64,000 bases of DNA from Macrostomum lignano. Taxonomy: Eukaryota. Below are positions 45,901-57,487 of the stretch, in pieces. The notes under the pieces are model-generated. The model was given only the letters and a program-made list of their open reading frames with translations, ran no database searches and was not told the DNA's origin. The number at the start of each line of letters is the position of its first letter. Within the stretch, counting starts at the first letter, position 1. The translations under genes were made by a program, and so were the position numbers. The stretch lies in NCBI GenBank assembly GCA_002269645.1, contig NIVC01000172.1, positions 458,558-522,557 on the forward strand. Reading direction: 5' to 3'.

Positions 45901-47556
45901 CTGCCCATCGCCGAGATCGCCAAGGGCAGCCAGCGGCCGGACAAGGTGATCGGCATGCACTATTTCTCTCCTGTGGACAAGATGCAGCTACTGGAGATCA
46001 TCAGCACCAAGCAGACCAGCGAGGAGACTCTGCGCACCGCCGTGGATCTCGGCCTCCGCCAGGGCAAACTGGTCATCCACGTTGGCGACGGGCCCGGATT
46101 CTACACCACCCGGATCCTGGCGCCAATGCTGGCCGAAGCCATCCGCCTGCTGCAGGAGGGTGTCCGGCCCGCCGAGCTGGACAAGGCCACCAAGAGCTTC
46201 GGCTGGCCTGTTGGCGTCGCCACGCTGGCTGATGAAGTCGGCATCGACGTAGCGGCTCACGTTGCCGAGGATCTGGGCAAGGTGGGTGAATCGGTTGAGA
46301 GCGGGATCTGGGGAAATAGTAAGAGCGTTTGTCTTATTCAATACGACCTGAGTAATGACCCCCCAAATCTGAATAGTGACCCCGAAGCCAGATAATGACT
46401 CCCTAAGTACGAATAATGACCCAAAACTCTGAATAATGACCCAGAACTCTGAATAATGACCCTGAATTCGGAATAATAACCCCCGAAATCTGAATAATGA
46501 CCCCCGAAATCTGAATAATGACCCCGAAATCTGAATAATGACCCCCGAAATCTGAATAATGACCCCCGAAATCTGAATAATGACCCCCGAAATCTGAATA
46601 ATGACCCCCGAAATCTGAATAATGACCCCGAAATCTGAATAATGACCCTCGAAATCTGAATAATGACCCCCAAAAATCTGAATAATGACCTTAAAATCTA
46701 AATAATGACCCAAAAAATCCTAATAATGATCCCAAAAATCTGAATAATGACCCCCGAAATCTGAATAATGACCCCCGAAATCTGAATAATGACCCCCGAA
46801 ATCTGAATAATGACCATCGAAATCTGAATAATGACCCCCAAAAATCTGAATAATGACCTTAAAATCTAAATAATGACCCCAAAAATCTGAATAATAACCC
46901 CCGAAATCTGAATAATGACTCATAAATCTGAATAATGTCACCAAAATAATAAAAATTTCGGGACAGCTCAAATAGGGATCCAATACTCCAACCAACAAGA
47001 GTAATGAAAAGCACGGCAGCAAAATCAGTTCTTGTTTAAATCCCCACTGCCTGTAAACATGCATTCCATTCAGGCTCTGGGTCCCCGTGTCGGCGGCGCA
47101 GACGTCGGCGTCCTGAAGGACATGGTGGCCGCCGGCTTCCTAGGCCGCAAGACCGGCAAAGGCTGCTACGTTTACTCCGGCGACAAGAAGAGCGGCGGCG
47201 ACCGCAGCGAGAACGACGACGCCCTGGCCATCATGCAGAAGTACCGGGTGGCCCCGGCGGCGGAGAACACCATCGAGAGAATCCAGTGGCGCCTGTTCTC
47301 CCGGTTTGTTAACGAGTCCGTCCAGTGCCTGCAGGACGGCGTGCTGCACACCCCGCTGGAGGGCGACATCGGTGCCGTGTTCGGCCTGGGCTTCCCGCCG
47401 TTCCTGGGCGGCCCGTTCCGCTACCTGGACATCCGGGGCGCCGGCGACATTGTGAAACGGATGGAAGAGTTTGCCGGTCTCTATGGCAACCAGTTCAAGC
47501 CGTGCGACCTGCTGGCCCAGCACTGCCGCGACCCGTCGCTCAAGTTTCACAAGTAG
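42980..47556 (+). CDS. HADHA: Mitochondrial trifunctional enzyme subunit alpha, 773 aa
   Basis: Exons 42980-43541, 43946-44382, 44940-45197, 45700-46281 and 47074-47556 (2322 nt). Arg/Ala/Ser-rich presequence, hydratase motifs (FIAGADI, LGGGLE, LGLPEV), NAD-binding [19 protein letters not shown] and GMHYFSPV. Confidence 0.96.
43628..43920. repeat. About 47-bp minisatellite, HADHA intron 1
   Basis: (CCGATATGTATCGAAAATTTTCATCACACAGAGGCTACATGCATTAG)n. Confidence 0.92.
44385..44845. repeat. 35-bp minisatellite, HADHA intron 2
   Basis: (AATCTGCCGCCTCTCCGTCCCTCCCTTTCCTATTG)n. Confidence 0.92.
46350..46935. repeat. About 21-bp minisatellite, HADHA intron 4
   Basis: (TCTGAATAATGACCCCCGAAA)n. Confidence 0.93.
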
Positions 47557-48240
47557 GACCAGTGCCTGGTTTCTTAGAAATAGGCCTGACGCCTGAATTT
47601 AGGGCTTAAGAACTCTGTGAGCCGAATATCGGAGCAAGACTAACAGTGAAGTCTTGAAGTGATTTTCTACGTAAATATATCAATCCAAATTTGCTCTCTG
47701 TTGCGCAATCAAGACCGCATTGTTGGTTTAGCCTTATTACTATAATTCGAATATTTAATATCATTGATCTGAGTAATCCGATACACTTTGAGCTGTTGCC
47801 TTATAGTGTGCTGTAGCTTGAATTGAAATTCCACTCCCAGTGAGCAACTGTCAGCTTCAACCTATTCGGCTTGGCTCAGTGTATTTCCATCTAGTATATT
47901 GTTGTAGCACTAGCGCTATGGACTCAAGTAGATCATTTATTAAATGAGAATACCTTCTTTGTCTACCTGTTTGTTGACTATAGTTTCAATTTCTATCGTT
48001 TTACTTTCTGAGGGGGCCGGGGGGCACGAATTGTGGCAGTTTAAGCCTTAGCGACATGGCGTCAGAATATACGCGTTGCTCATTGACATTAATAATATAT
48101 TGTTGAAATAGCCCTATTGCGCTTGAACGGTTATTAATGTCGCTCAAGTTTTTTAGGGTTTTCGCTTGTTGATGGTCAATTCAAAATAAAATTTGCGCTT
48201 TTATAACTTGAGTTTGGCTTATTTTAGTTTGCTTATTCCA

Positions 48241-48582
48241 TTCTGCACTTTAGTGCTTCTGCACTTTAGTGCTTCTGCACTTTAGTGCTTCTGCACTTTA
48301 GTGCTTCTGCACTTTAGTGCTTCTGCACTTTAGTGCTTCTGCACTTTAGTGCTTCTGCACTTTAGTGCTTCTGCACTTTAGTGCTTCTGCACTTTAGTGC
48401 TTCTGCACTTTAGTGCTTCTGCACTTTAGTGCTTCTGCACTTTAGTGCTTCTGCACTTTAGTGCTTCTGCACTTTAGTGCTTCTGCACTTTAGTGCTTCT
48501 GCACTTTAGTGCTTCTGCACTTTAGTGCTTCTGCACTTTAGTGCTTCTGCACTTTAGTGCTTCTGCACTTTAGTGCTTCTGC
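48241..48582. repeat. 16-bp satellite (CTGCACTTTAGTGCTT)n with an internal palindrome
   Basis: About 21 perfect copies; resumes at 50421-50486; an inverted piece lies at 49015-49044. Confidence 0.97.
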
Positions 48583-50420
48583 GGCCAGAAATGCTGCAAT
48601 GCGCAAGTTCTGCGTCCGAGCGCATTCAAAACATCCGAAATAATGGCCGTGTCTCCCCTCTCATCCGGCTTTGAGCTGGCAGTAGGGAAAAAAACGGATG
48701 TGAATCCGGATAAGATTCCGGATCAACGGACCTTTGTCAGACTTTTTATCCGGATTTCCTCCGGTTTTGTGTCCGGGTTACTGTGTGGAATGGGCTGGAC
48801 AATATGCCGGACAAAATTCCGGATGGAATTCGGATAAAAATTGCCCAGTCATCCGGTTTGACCCGTACTTTAGTCCGGTTCTTCATCCGGCAACGTAAAC
48901 CGGACCAAATCCGGATGATTTCGTCCGGATTATATTTTGGTCCGGAAACCCACCAGACAACCGGACGAACTCGGATGAAAACCGGATTGCAACCGGATCA
49001 GAAAGCCAGGCGGGAAGTGCAGAAGCACTAAAGTGCAGAAGCACATCGGCATATCTGGCCACGGCGGCAAATGCGGGCAAACTTGCAGTGGGGCGGCAGT
49101 GGCTCGCCAACTCCGGCGTGCCGTTCGACCAGAGTGAGTGGCGCCGTGCGTTTTCCCGTTGTGGGGAGACGTCGCGTGAACGCCTCGGCCTACCAAAAAG
49201 AATCCGGTCCCTGAAGCCGCGGCCGACGATGCAACGGTCAGGGCAGAAGCGTCGTCCAGCTGCCCCAGCTTCCAAGGCCAGCGGATCCGGTGCCAGTTCC
49301 GTCGCCGCCAACGCATATAACGATGTCGCCCAAGTCTTCGACAGTGTGACCGCCTCGACTGTCCCGAAGCCGGAGAGAATGGTTTCCGACATGGCAGACT
49401 TTGATCAAGGTACAGACGGCAATTCAGTCTCTTTCCCAGGGGACATGGTTCTATTGCTGGGTAAATGATGAACTAGACATCTTTCCGTTGTTGCCGTGAA
49501 GAAGGAACTGATGTCATTGATGTAGGGAATGAATGTGCAGTTGCACTGTAGCAGCATTGAGCTTTTCGTCGGATTTATGTTGCGCCATAACATCTTTTTG
49601 TTGAGAAGAATTAGACCCTTGCTGTAACCGGTCGTTGTGCTTCGATCTTTCAGGAGTGTAACAAGAATTGAAGTCGTTGAAGACTAAAATCACAGACGAA
49701 GTTCGCAATGCCTTAATCTTTTTATCCACAGTGATATCTGAAGCAACAGTTACTGTCAACATGAAATCATGGGCTCATTAGTCATGAATTCGGTCCAGAC
49801 TTTTGGATTGAAGAAAGTTGATTTGAAAGTTTAAGTTTGAAATTGCACGCCGGAATTGTTCAGTAGCACCTCTTAGCCATTTTTAACCGGAGTCAGCATA
49901 GTACTATTCACTGGCTCACTTACTCAGTACGTACTGCGATTTGTACTGTAACATGTAACTGTACATGTACTGTAATTCCGTCCGGTCGTTGACCGGCTGT
50001 CAGGTCAATCCATTTGGTCCGGATTTCCGACCGGTATTTATGAGATCGTCAGGTCAATCCATTTGGTCCGGATTTCCGACCGGTATTTATGAGATCGTCA
50101 GGTCAATCCATTTGGTCCGGTTTTCATCCGGATTTCCGACCGATATTCAACCGGTAGTAATGTCCGTCTATTTGATCCGGTTTTCGTCTGGATCCTGGTC
50201 CGCTAGCTAGTCCGGTCCAACCGGATGAAGCAGCGGCTCACTTTCCAGATGAACCCGGATGAATCGGCCGGATGAAAATTGTTTTCGTCCGCTTATCGTC
50301 CGTTTTGTAAACTTTTTCTCTACTTTCGTCCGGTTTTTAGATGGGAAAAGGTACACTACGAACCGGATCAAAAACCGGACTTGACAACTGGCAAATCACC
50401 GGACCAGAAAGCCAGGCGGG
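48583..50420. mobile_element. Non-autonomous DNA transposon, CMC/EnSpm-like, with left arm apparently inverted
   Basis: Terminal motif CAGAAAGCCAGGCGGG at 48999-49014 and 50405-50420, CCGG/TCCGGA-rich subterminal regions, 49-bp internal repeats at about 49999-50120, and the 16-bp satellite abutting both termini. No transposase motif recognised. Confidence 0.6.
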
Positions 50421-51309
50421 TTTAGTGCTTCTGCACTTTAGTGCTTCTGCGCTTTAGTGCTTCTGCGCTTTAGTGCTTCTGCACTTAAACTTCAAAGCAG
50501 GCTTCACATATAGATTTCGGGCTGGAATTGTTATTATGCATACTATTTTCGATTCGAAGATACGGGTGGCTATTGCGAAAAAAAATTTTTTTCTCGCAAG
50601 CAAAATTTTTCGATTTTAGGCAAATTACAATTGCTTTCTCTCGCAATCACGATGGATTGCCTTCAACTTTTAGCTTAGTTTGAAGATTAGTTTGAAGGTA
50701 GTGTGCCGCTATTTTTCGCATATCTCTGATATCTCTGAGTCTAGTCCGTGGGGAGGATCAGCCGGAGCGCAGATCAATAGAGGGTATTAAGAGTCTAAGC
50801 TTTGCTTTAACTTTTGCATCAAATGCGTTTCTCGTGTTTTTTTCGACTCGACGAGATCGTTTGGAATTTCAGTGTACACCAGTGCTAAGTAGGGTGGAAT
50901 GCAGCTGCTTGAATACATGTAGGGCAGATTACTTGTAACTAACTGGAGTAGCAAAAACAAAATGCAGCACGCGAAGATATTTGGATTCTGCGATCAAATA
51001 TCAGCTGAGCGAGTCTGACTCTGATTCTCTGACAGCGTAGGTCGTAAATCATGTACGCTTCTAGTCGTTTTGAATCAGATTGGGGGATTTGGTTTGTGGC
51101 CCCGCAGATGTTGTCGTAATTCCATAGCCTTGAACTGCTGTTCGTGCGAGCTTCGGATCCGGTAACTGCGTTCATGGAATCGAAACATACCATACTTTCC
51201 GTTAAAGAGACTGCACATTACATCAGAGACCTCAGAACCAAAATTTTCTCCATCCCGAACCCATCGATAATAAATGTATCTTTCGAAGCTTCTAGAATCT
51301 CTACTACTC

Positions 51310-51755
51310 TTGTCTGAGAGTCCCGGATTGCTCACTGATTGCTATAAGCTACCTCAGTCCCAGTGTCCGAGAGTCCCAGATTGCTCACTGATTGCTATAA
51401 GCTACCTCAGTCCCAGTGTCCGAGAGTCCCAGATCACACACAGATTGCTACCTCTGTCCTAGTGTCCGTCCCGGATTGCTCACTGATTGCTACCTCAGTC
51501 CCAGTGTCCGAGAGTCCCAGATTACTCACTGACTGCTACTTCAGTCCCCTAGTGTCTGAGAGTCCCGGATTGCTCACTGACTGCTACCTCAGTCCCAGTG
51601 TCCGAGAGTCCTAGATTACTCACTAATTGCTATAAGCTACCTCAGTCCCAGTGTCCGAGAGTCCCAGATTGCACACTGATTGTTACTTCAGTCCCAGTGT
51701 CTGGGGGTCCCGGATTACTCACTGACTGCTACCTCAGTACCAGTGTCTGAGAGTC
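51310..51755. repeat. About 45-52-bp degenerate minisatellite
   Basis: GAGTCCCAGATTGCTCACTGATTGCTA(TAAGCTA)CCTCAGTCCCAGTGTCCGA units. Confidence 0.88.
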
Positions 51756-52299
51756 TCTTGCGGTAAAATAGCCATGCAGCTGTACACTTGCCGCTCTGCG
51801 ATGGCCCCCTATGTCAGTTGCGCTCACCTGTACACAAATTTTAAACCAATTTGAAACCATATTTTATGTACAGACTCGCTGCCGCACTGACTGCTCAGCC
51901 CTCTGCTCATATCTGATTAGAAAACTACTGCAGAAGATAAGAGTGAAGACAGCTTGATAGGTCAGCAGAGCAGCCGAGTCCACAAGCCTAATTGGGCTGA
52001 ACCTGACGACAGACATGCAGATGGGGGCCAACTTTCTCTTGCGGTTTTCCTGTGGCTCCCATGCAATCAGTTTGCTCTGCTGCTGAGCTGCCCCGATCGG
52101 CAACAGCCCAGCATCCCATTGGACTGCAGACAGACTATTTACAATTGCACGGACCCCGCTTCATCATGTGAGAACTGTCTGCTGCTTTTGGAACTGCTAA
52201 AGGGTAAGTCTGACTTGGTTTTGGTTAAAGCTTATTCTATTACTAATTTTAATTCTCTCAAGCTTCATTTCTTAACCACATCTCCAAACCCTTCATCCC

Positions 52300-53250
52300 C
52301 TCTTCTCCATCTCTGTCTTCTCTCCCTCCCGTCTTCTCTCCCTCTTGTCTTCTCTCCCTCTTGTCTTCTCTCCCTCTTGTCTTCTCTCCCTCCCCTCTTC
52401 TCTCCCTCCCCTCTTCTCTCCCTCCCCTCTTCTCTCCCTCCCGTCTTCTCTCCCTCCCCTCTTCTCTCCCTCTTGTCTTCTCTCCCTCTTGTCTTCTCTC
52501 CCTCTTGTCTTCCCTCCCTCTTGTCTTCTCTCCCTCCCCTCTTCTCTCCCTCTTGTCTTCTCTCCCTCTTGTCTTCTCTCCCTCTTGTCTTCTCTCCCTC
52601 TTGTCTTCCCTCCCTCTTGTCTTCTCTCCCTCCCCTCTTCTCTCCCTCCCGTCTTCTCTCCCTCTTGTCTTCTCTCCCTCTTGTATTCTCTCCCTCTTGT
52701 CTTCTCTCCCTCCCCTCTTCTCTCCCTCCCCTCTTCTCTCCCTCCCGTCTTCTCTCCCTCCCGTCTTCTCTCCCTCTTGTCTTCCCTCCCTCTTGTCTTC
52801 TCTCCCTCTTGTCTTCTCTCCCTCTTGTCTTCTCTCCCTCTTGTCTTCTCTCCCTCTTGTCTTCTCTCCCTCCCCTCTTCTCTCCCTCCCGTCTTCTCTC
52901 CCTCTTGTCTTCTCTCCCTCTTGTCTTCTCTCCCTCTTGTCTTCTCTCCCTCTTGTCTTCTCTCCCTCTTGTCTTCTCTCCCTCTTGTCTTCTCTCCCTC
53001 TTGTCTTCTCTCCCTCTTGTCTTCTCTCCCTCTTGTCTTCTCTCCCTCCCGTCTTCTCTCCCTCCAGTCTTCTCTCCCTCCCGTCTTCTCTCCCTCTTGT
53101 CTTCTCTCCCTCTTGTCTTCTCTCCCTCTTGTCTTCTCTCCCTCTTGTCTTCTCTCCCTCTTGTCTTCTCTCCCTCCAGTCTTCTCTCCCTCTCCTCTTC
53201 TCTTCCTCCCCTCTCTCACTCCCCTCTCCTCCATTTCCCCTTTTCTTAAT
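52300..53250. repeat. 16-bp CT-rich minisatellite (CTTCTCTCCCTCTTGT)n
   Basis: Direct inspection. Confidence 0.93.
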
Positions 53251-53814
53251 CTCCCCTCTTCTCATTTTCTCTAATATCTCCATTTGTCTGTCTCTTCTCA
53301 ACCCAAGCATTGCCCCATCAAGCATTTCTTGCAGCTAGTTTGATTCCATACGAGCTACAGTATTTCTGCCAATTATTTTCCCAACATTTTCTTCAACGTC
53401 CCAAATGCTGACTGGTAACTGTGTCACCTTTTTACATGTATCACGTTTTGATTGTTTGCCCATATACTGACATTCAGTGAGGCTGACAGCATGGGATGAT
53501 CTATTCAAATATTCAATCACACAATCGACACAATCGATCGTAACCTTCGCATCATTATTTTTTTTAGAAAAAACTGAAATTCCACACTAGCTCGCACCAA
53601 ACAATTAGCGAGAATCCTAGCTTAGATCTTCTGCTTTTTGTTAGCAAGCAAACTTACCGTGCCGAAGGCGGCCTGTTTGCTTAAAGGAAACTCAGCAGTG
53701 CTGAAGGAGTGCTCTCGTTAACTGGCTGGCAAAATACCAGCAACAGTGAGCGCCTTATTCTGTCCGGTCTCATCCGGTTTGACAAAATGCTCAGGTTTAT
53801 GACTGCCAGCGGAG

Positions 53815-55370
53815 ACAGACTGAAAGAGACTGAAATACTGAGAGAGACTGAGAGAGACTGAGAGAGACTGAGACAGACTGAGAGAGATTGAGTGAGACTG
53901 AGTGAGACTGAGTGAGACTGAGAGAGACTGAGAGAGACTGAGTGAGACTGAGAGAGACTGCGAGAGACTGAGAGACTGAGAGACTGAGAGAGACTGAGAG
54001 AGACTGAGAGAGACTGCTAGAGACTGAGAGAGACTGAGAGAGACTGAGTGAGACTGAGAGAGACTGCGAGAGACTGAGAGACTGAGAGACTGAGAGAGAC
54101 TGAGAGAGACTGAGAGAGACTGCTAGAGACTGAGAGAGACTGAGAGAGACTGAGAGAGACTGCAAGAGACTGAGAGACTGAGAGACTGAGAGAGACTGAG
54201 AGAGACTGCGAGAGACTGAGAGACTGAGAGACTGAGAGAGACTGAGAGAGACTGAGAGACTGAGAGACTGAGAGACTGAGAGACTGAGAGACTGAGAGAG
54301 ACTGAGAGACTGAGAGAGACTGCGAGAGACTGAGAGACTGAGAGAGACTGCGAGAGACTGAGAGAGACTGCGAGAGACTGAGAGAGACTGAGAGACTGAG
54401 AGAGACTGGGAGAGACTGAGAGACTGAGAGACTGAGAGACTGAGAGAGACTGCGAGAGACTGAGAGAGACTGCTAGAGACTGAGAGACTGAGAGAGACTG
54501 CTAGAGACTGAGAGAGACTGCTAGAGACTGAGAGACTGAGAGAGACTGAGAGACTGAGAGACTGAGAGAGACTGAGTGAGACTGAGAGAGACTGAGAGAC
54601 TGAGAGAGATTTATAGAGACTGAGAGAGACTGAGAGACTGAGAGAGACTGAGAGAGACTGAGAGACTGAGAGACTGAGAGAGACTGCGAGAGACTGAGAG
54701 ACTGAGAGAGACTGCGAGAGACTGAGAGACTGAGAGAGACTGAGAGACTGAGAGAGACTGAGAGAGACTGAGAGAGACTGAGAGACTGAGAGAGACTGAG
54801 AGAGACTGAGAGACTGAGAGAGACTGAGAGAGACTGAGAGACTGAGAGAGACTGCGAGAGACTGAGAGACTGAGAGAGACTGCGAGAGACTGAGAGAGAC
54901 TGCGAGAGACTGAGAGAGACTGAGAGACTGAGAGAGACTGGGAGAGACTGAGAGACTGAGAGACTGAGAGACTGAGAGAGACTGCGAGAGACTGAGAGAG
55001 ACTGCTAGAGACTGAGAGACTGAGAGAGACTGCTAGAGACTGAGAGAGACTGCTAGAGACTGAGAGACTGAGAGAGACTGAGAGACTGAGAGACTGAGAG
55101 AGACTGAGTGAGACTGAGAGAGACTGAGAGACTGAGAGAGATTTATAGAGACTGAGAGAGACTGAGAGACTGAGAGAGACTGAGAGAGACTGAGAGACTG
55201 AGAGACTGAGAGAGACTGCGAGAGACTGAGAGACTGAGAGAGACTGCGAGAGACTGAGAGACTGAGAGAGACTGAGAGACTGAGAGAGACTGAGAGAGAC
55301 TGAGAGAGACTGAGAGACTGAGAGAGACTGAGAGAGACTGAGAGACTGAGAGAGACTGAGAGGCGGAGAA
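53815..55370. repeat. (AGAGACTG)/(AGAGAGACTG) 8/10-bp array
   Basis: Direct inspection; the variant ATTTATAG recurs at about 54609 and 55141. Confidence 0.95.
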
Positions 55371-55682
55371 AGGCTAGAAAGATAGATGTGGGGAGTGAGA
55401 TAAACAATAAGAAGAAGAGAGTTAAAGAGATGGAGAGGAACATTATGAAAGGGAGATACGAGTAAGTGCGAAAGAACCCCAGGTTGGGAATTGAGAATGT
55501 GTGCATTCGATTCAACGCACACACTACACCGCGAGCCATTTTGTGTTGAAAATGCAAAAAAAGAACAGAATGTTTTGCTACTCCGATCTCTCAGAGGCGT
55601 TGCACACCTCTACGCATATTCAACCTACGATGGCCTTGAAAATTGTAGTTTCTGATTTCCTTAAGCCGAATCGCTGGGCCAG

Positions 55683-56747
55683 ATGGACCCCAGCAGCGCC
55701 ACGATCTCCGCCGCAGCCTCCACACCTCCGGCCTTCCGCTGCCCGCACTACGAGGAGGACTACGAGCCCCGGCTGGCTACTGGCGTGCACTTCTTCATCA
55801 TCTACTCAGTCGTCTGCCTCATCGCCCTCGTTGGCAACTCGGCCATTGTCAGCGCCATCCTAGGCGGTCACGTGACAATCAACAGGCGCACCTTCCGCTA
55901 CCTGACGCTGCTGCTGTGCTGCTACGAGCTGATCGCCGCCGTCCTGCTGTTCTCGCTGCTGTTCGTGCTGGGCGTCGGCTACCACAACCGCGTCAACAAC
56001 GGCACGCTGGTGTCGCCCAGCCTGGCCTCAGAGGATGAGAACATCTACCTGAGCCGGTCCTACTCGGCTACCAAGCTGCTCATCAGCCTGCGAGACGTGT
56101 GCATCGGCAACGAGGTCAGCGCCTACAGCCTGCTGGCGCTGGACCGCCTGCTGGCCATCGCAGCCCCCGTCAGCAAGCGCTGGTCGGTCCGGCTGCTGCA
56201 CTGCGTCACCGCTGCCAGCCTCCTGGTGACCGCGGCAGCCGAGTTCAGCCTGCACATCTGGCTGTTCGTCAGCTTGGCCTCGCCCGGCATGACCGACCAG
56301 CAGGCCTGCGCCATGCTGAGCGTCCACCGCCGAGTCAACACCCTGACGAAGGCCGTGCTGGCCGCTCTCTACTACGCCCTGTCGCTCGGCTGCTACATCG
56401 GCACCGGCCTGTTGATGGTCAAGCGCGGCCGGTCGCGCACAGTCAGCTCCTACAGCAGCGCCGCGGCCTACGCGGACGCCAGCCGGCGACAGGCGACGAT
56501 GGACCAGATGGCCAAGCCGCTGCTGTCCCTGGTGGTTGGCAACGCCGTCCAGTTCATCTGCCTGCTGCCTGTCCTGCTGGACAACTTCGGCTTCGCTCAC
56601 CTGGAGATCACTGTGTACTATTTGTTCTTCCTGAACTGCTCAGCGGTGCCCTGCATCACCCTGGCATTCAATAAGAGCATCCGCGATGCTGTGTTTTCTA
56701 AGAAATTCTGGTGTCGATGCGGCCGGCGCGGCTGCTGCGACAGGTAG
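55683..56747 (+). CDS. Intronless orphan 7TM receptor, divergent rhodopsin-like GPCR, 354 aa
   Basis: About seven hydrophobic segments; TM1 GN, TM3 LALDRLLAI, TM6 FICLLP, helix-8-like NKSIRDAV and a Cys-rich tail. GC-rich third positions like the other host genes. Confidence 0.8.
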   Translation: MDPSSATISAAASTPPAFRCPHYEEDYEPRLATGVHFFIIYSVVCLIALVGNSAIVSAILGGHVTINRRTFRYLTLLLCCYELIAAVLLFSLLFVLGVGYHNRVNNGTLVSPSLASEDENIYLSRSYSATKLLISLRDVCIGNEVSAYSLLALDRLLAIAAPVSKRWSVRLLHCVTAASLLVTAAAEFSLHIWLFVSLASPGMTDQQACAMLSVHRRVNTLTKAVLAALYYALSLGCYIGTGLLMVKRGRSRTVSSYSSAAAYADASRRQATMDQMAKPLLSLVVGNAVQFICLLPVLLDNFGFAHLEITVYYLFFLNCSAVPCITLAFNKSIRDAVFSKKFWCRCGRRGCCDR

Positions 56748-56924
56748 CGGAGTTCCTTAGTAAGTGCTTGCGTACTTTCTCTCTATTGACTCAACTGAAA
56801 TCTATGCAAACAACTTTGAGCCACTCATAAGTAACTCTGTAAGTGTCTCTCCTTTCAACTGTTTTTATTTATCTTTTTGTTTAAGTCCCTTTCAAACTTT
56901 CTACACATCTGTTTACCAAAGTCT

Positions 56925-57135
56925 GTCTCTCTCTCTCTCTCTCTCTCTCCCTCCCTCTCCCTCCCTCTCCCTCCCTCTCCCTCTCCCTCTTCCTCTCCCT
57001 CTTCCTCTCCTTCTCCCTCTCCCTCCCTCTCCCTCCCTCTCCCTCCCTCTCCCTACCTCTCCCTCTCCCTCCCTCTCCCTCTCCCTCCCCCTCTCACTCT
57101 AAGACCCTTTCCCTCTGCCTCTCTCTGCCTCTCCA
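56925..57135. repeat. CT-rich low-complexity tract
   Basis: Direct inspection. Confidence 0.85.
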
Positions 57136-57439
57136 TCTCTATCTATTTCAATATACTATTTATATCAACTTTTTGCATATACAGTGCTGAATAGAATTTT
57201 CTCAATCACAGCGATCTCATTCTACGACAATCAGGTGACGCGTTCGAGTTAATACGAGAGAATATTTATTTTTTGTTTTGCTTTGAAATTTTCAATTTCT
57301 GTAAATTGTGTTAACCACTTTTGTTTGTTTGTTTGCTACTTACTCTACTCACGTTGGTAGTATAGAGTAGGTTTTCTCTGGCACACGGATACTAACAGCT
57401 CCACTTGCTATATAAATATTATTTTAGCCTTGCAAAAAC

Positions 57440-57487
57440 CATGGACTTCTATACTTAGCATATAGATGCTAAGTATAGAAGTCCATG
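57440..57487. mobile_element. 48-bp micro-MITE, hAT-like: perfect 22-bp inverted repeats, 4-nt loop, 8-bp TSD
   Basis: GCAAAAAC|CATGGACTTCTATACTTAGCAT-ATAG-ATGCTAAGTATAGAAGTCCATG|GCAAAAAC, with the direct repeats at 57432-57439 and 57488-57495. Confidence 0.7.

Noticed and set aside
49088-49468. 126-aa ORF inside the CMC-like element as a transposase remnant
   Set aside because: No DDE or CMC motif is recognisable.
53797-55557. SLSQSLSV-repeat ORFs, and a block of the array duplicated at an offset of about 530 bp
   Set aside because: Microsatellite translation; the block duplication is ordinary array turnover.
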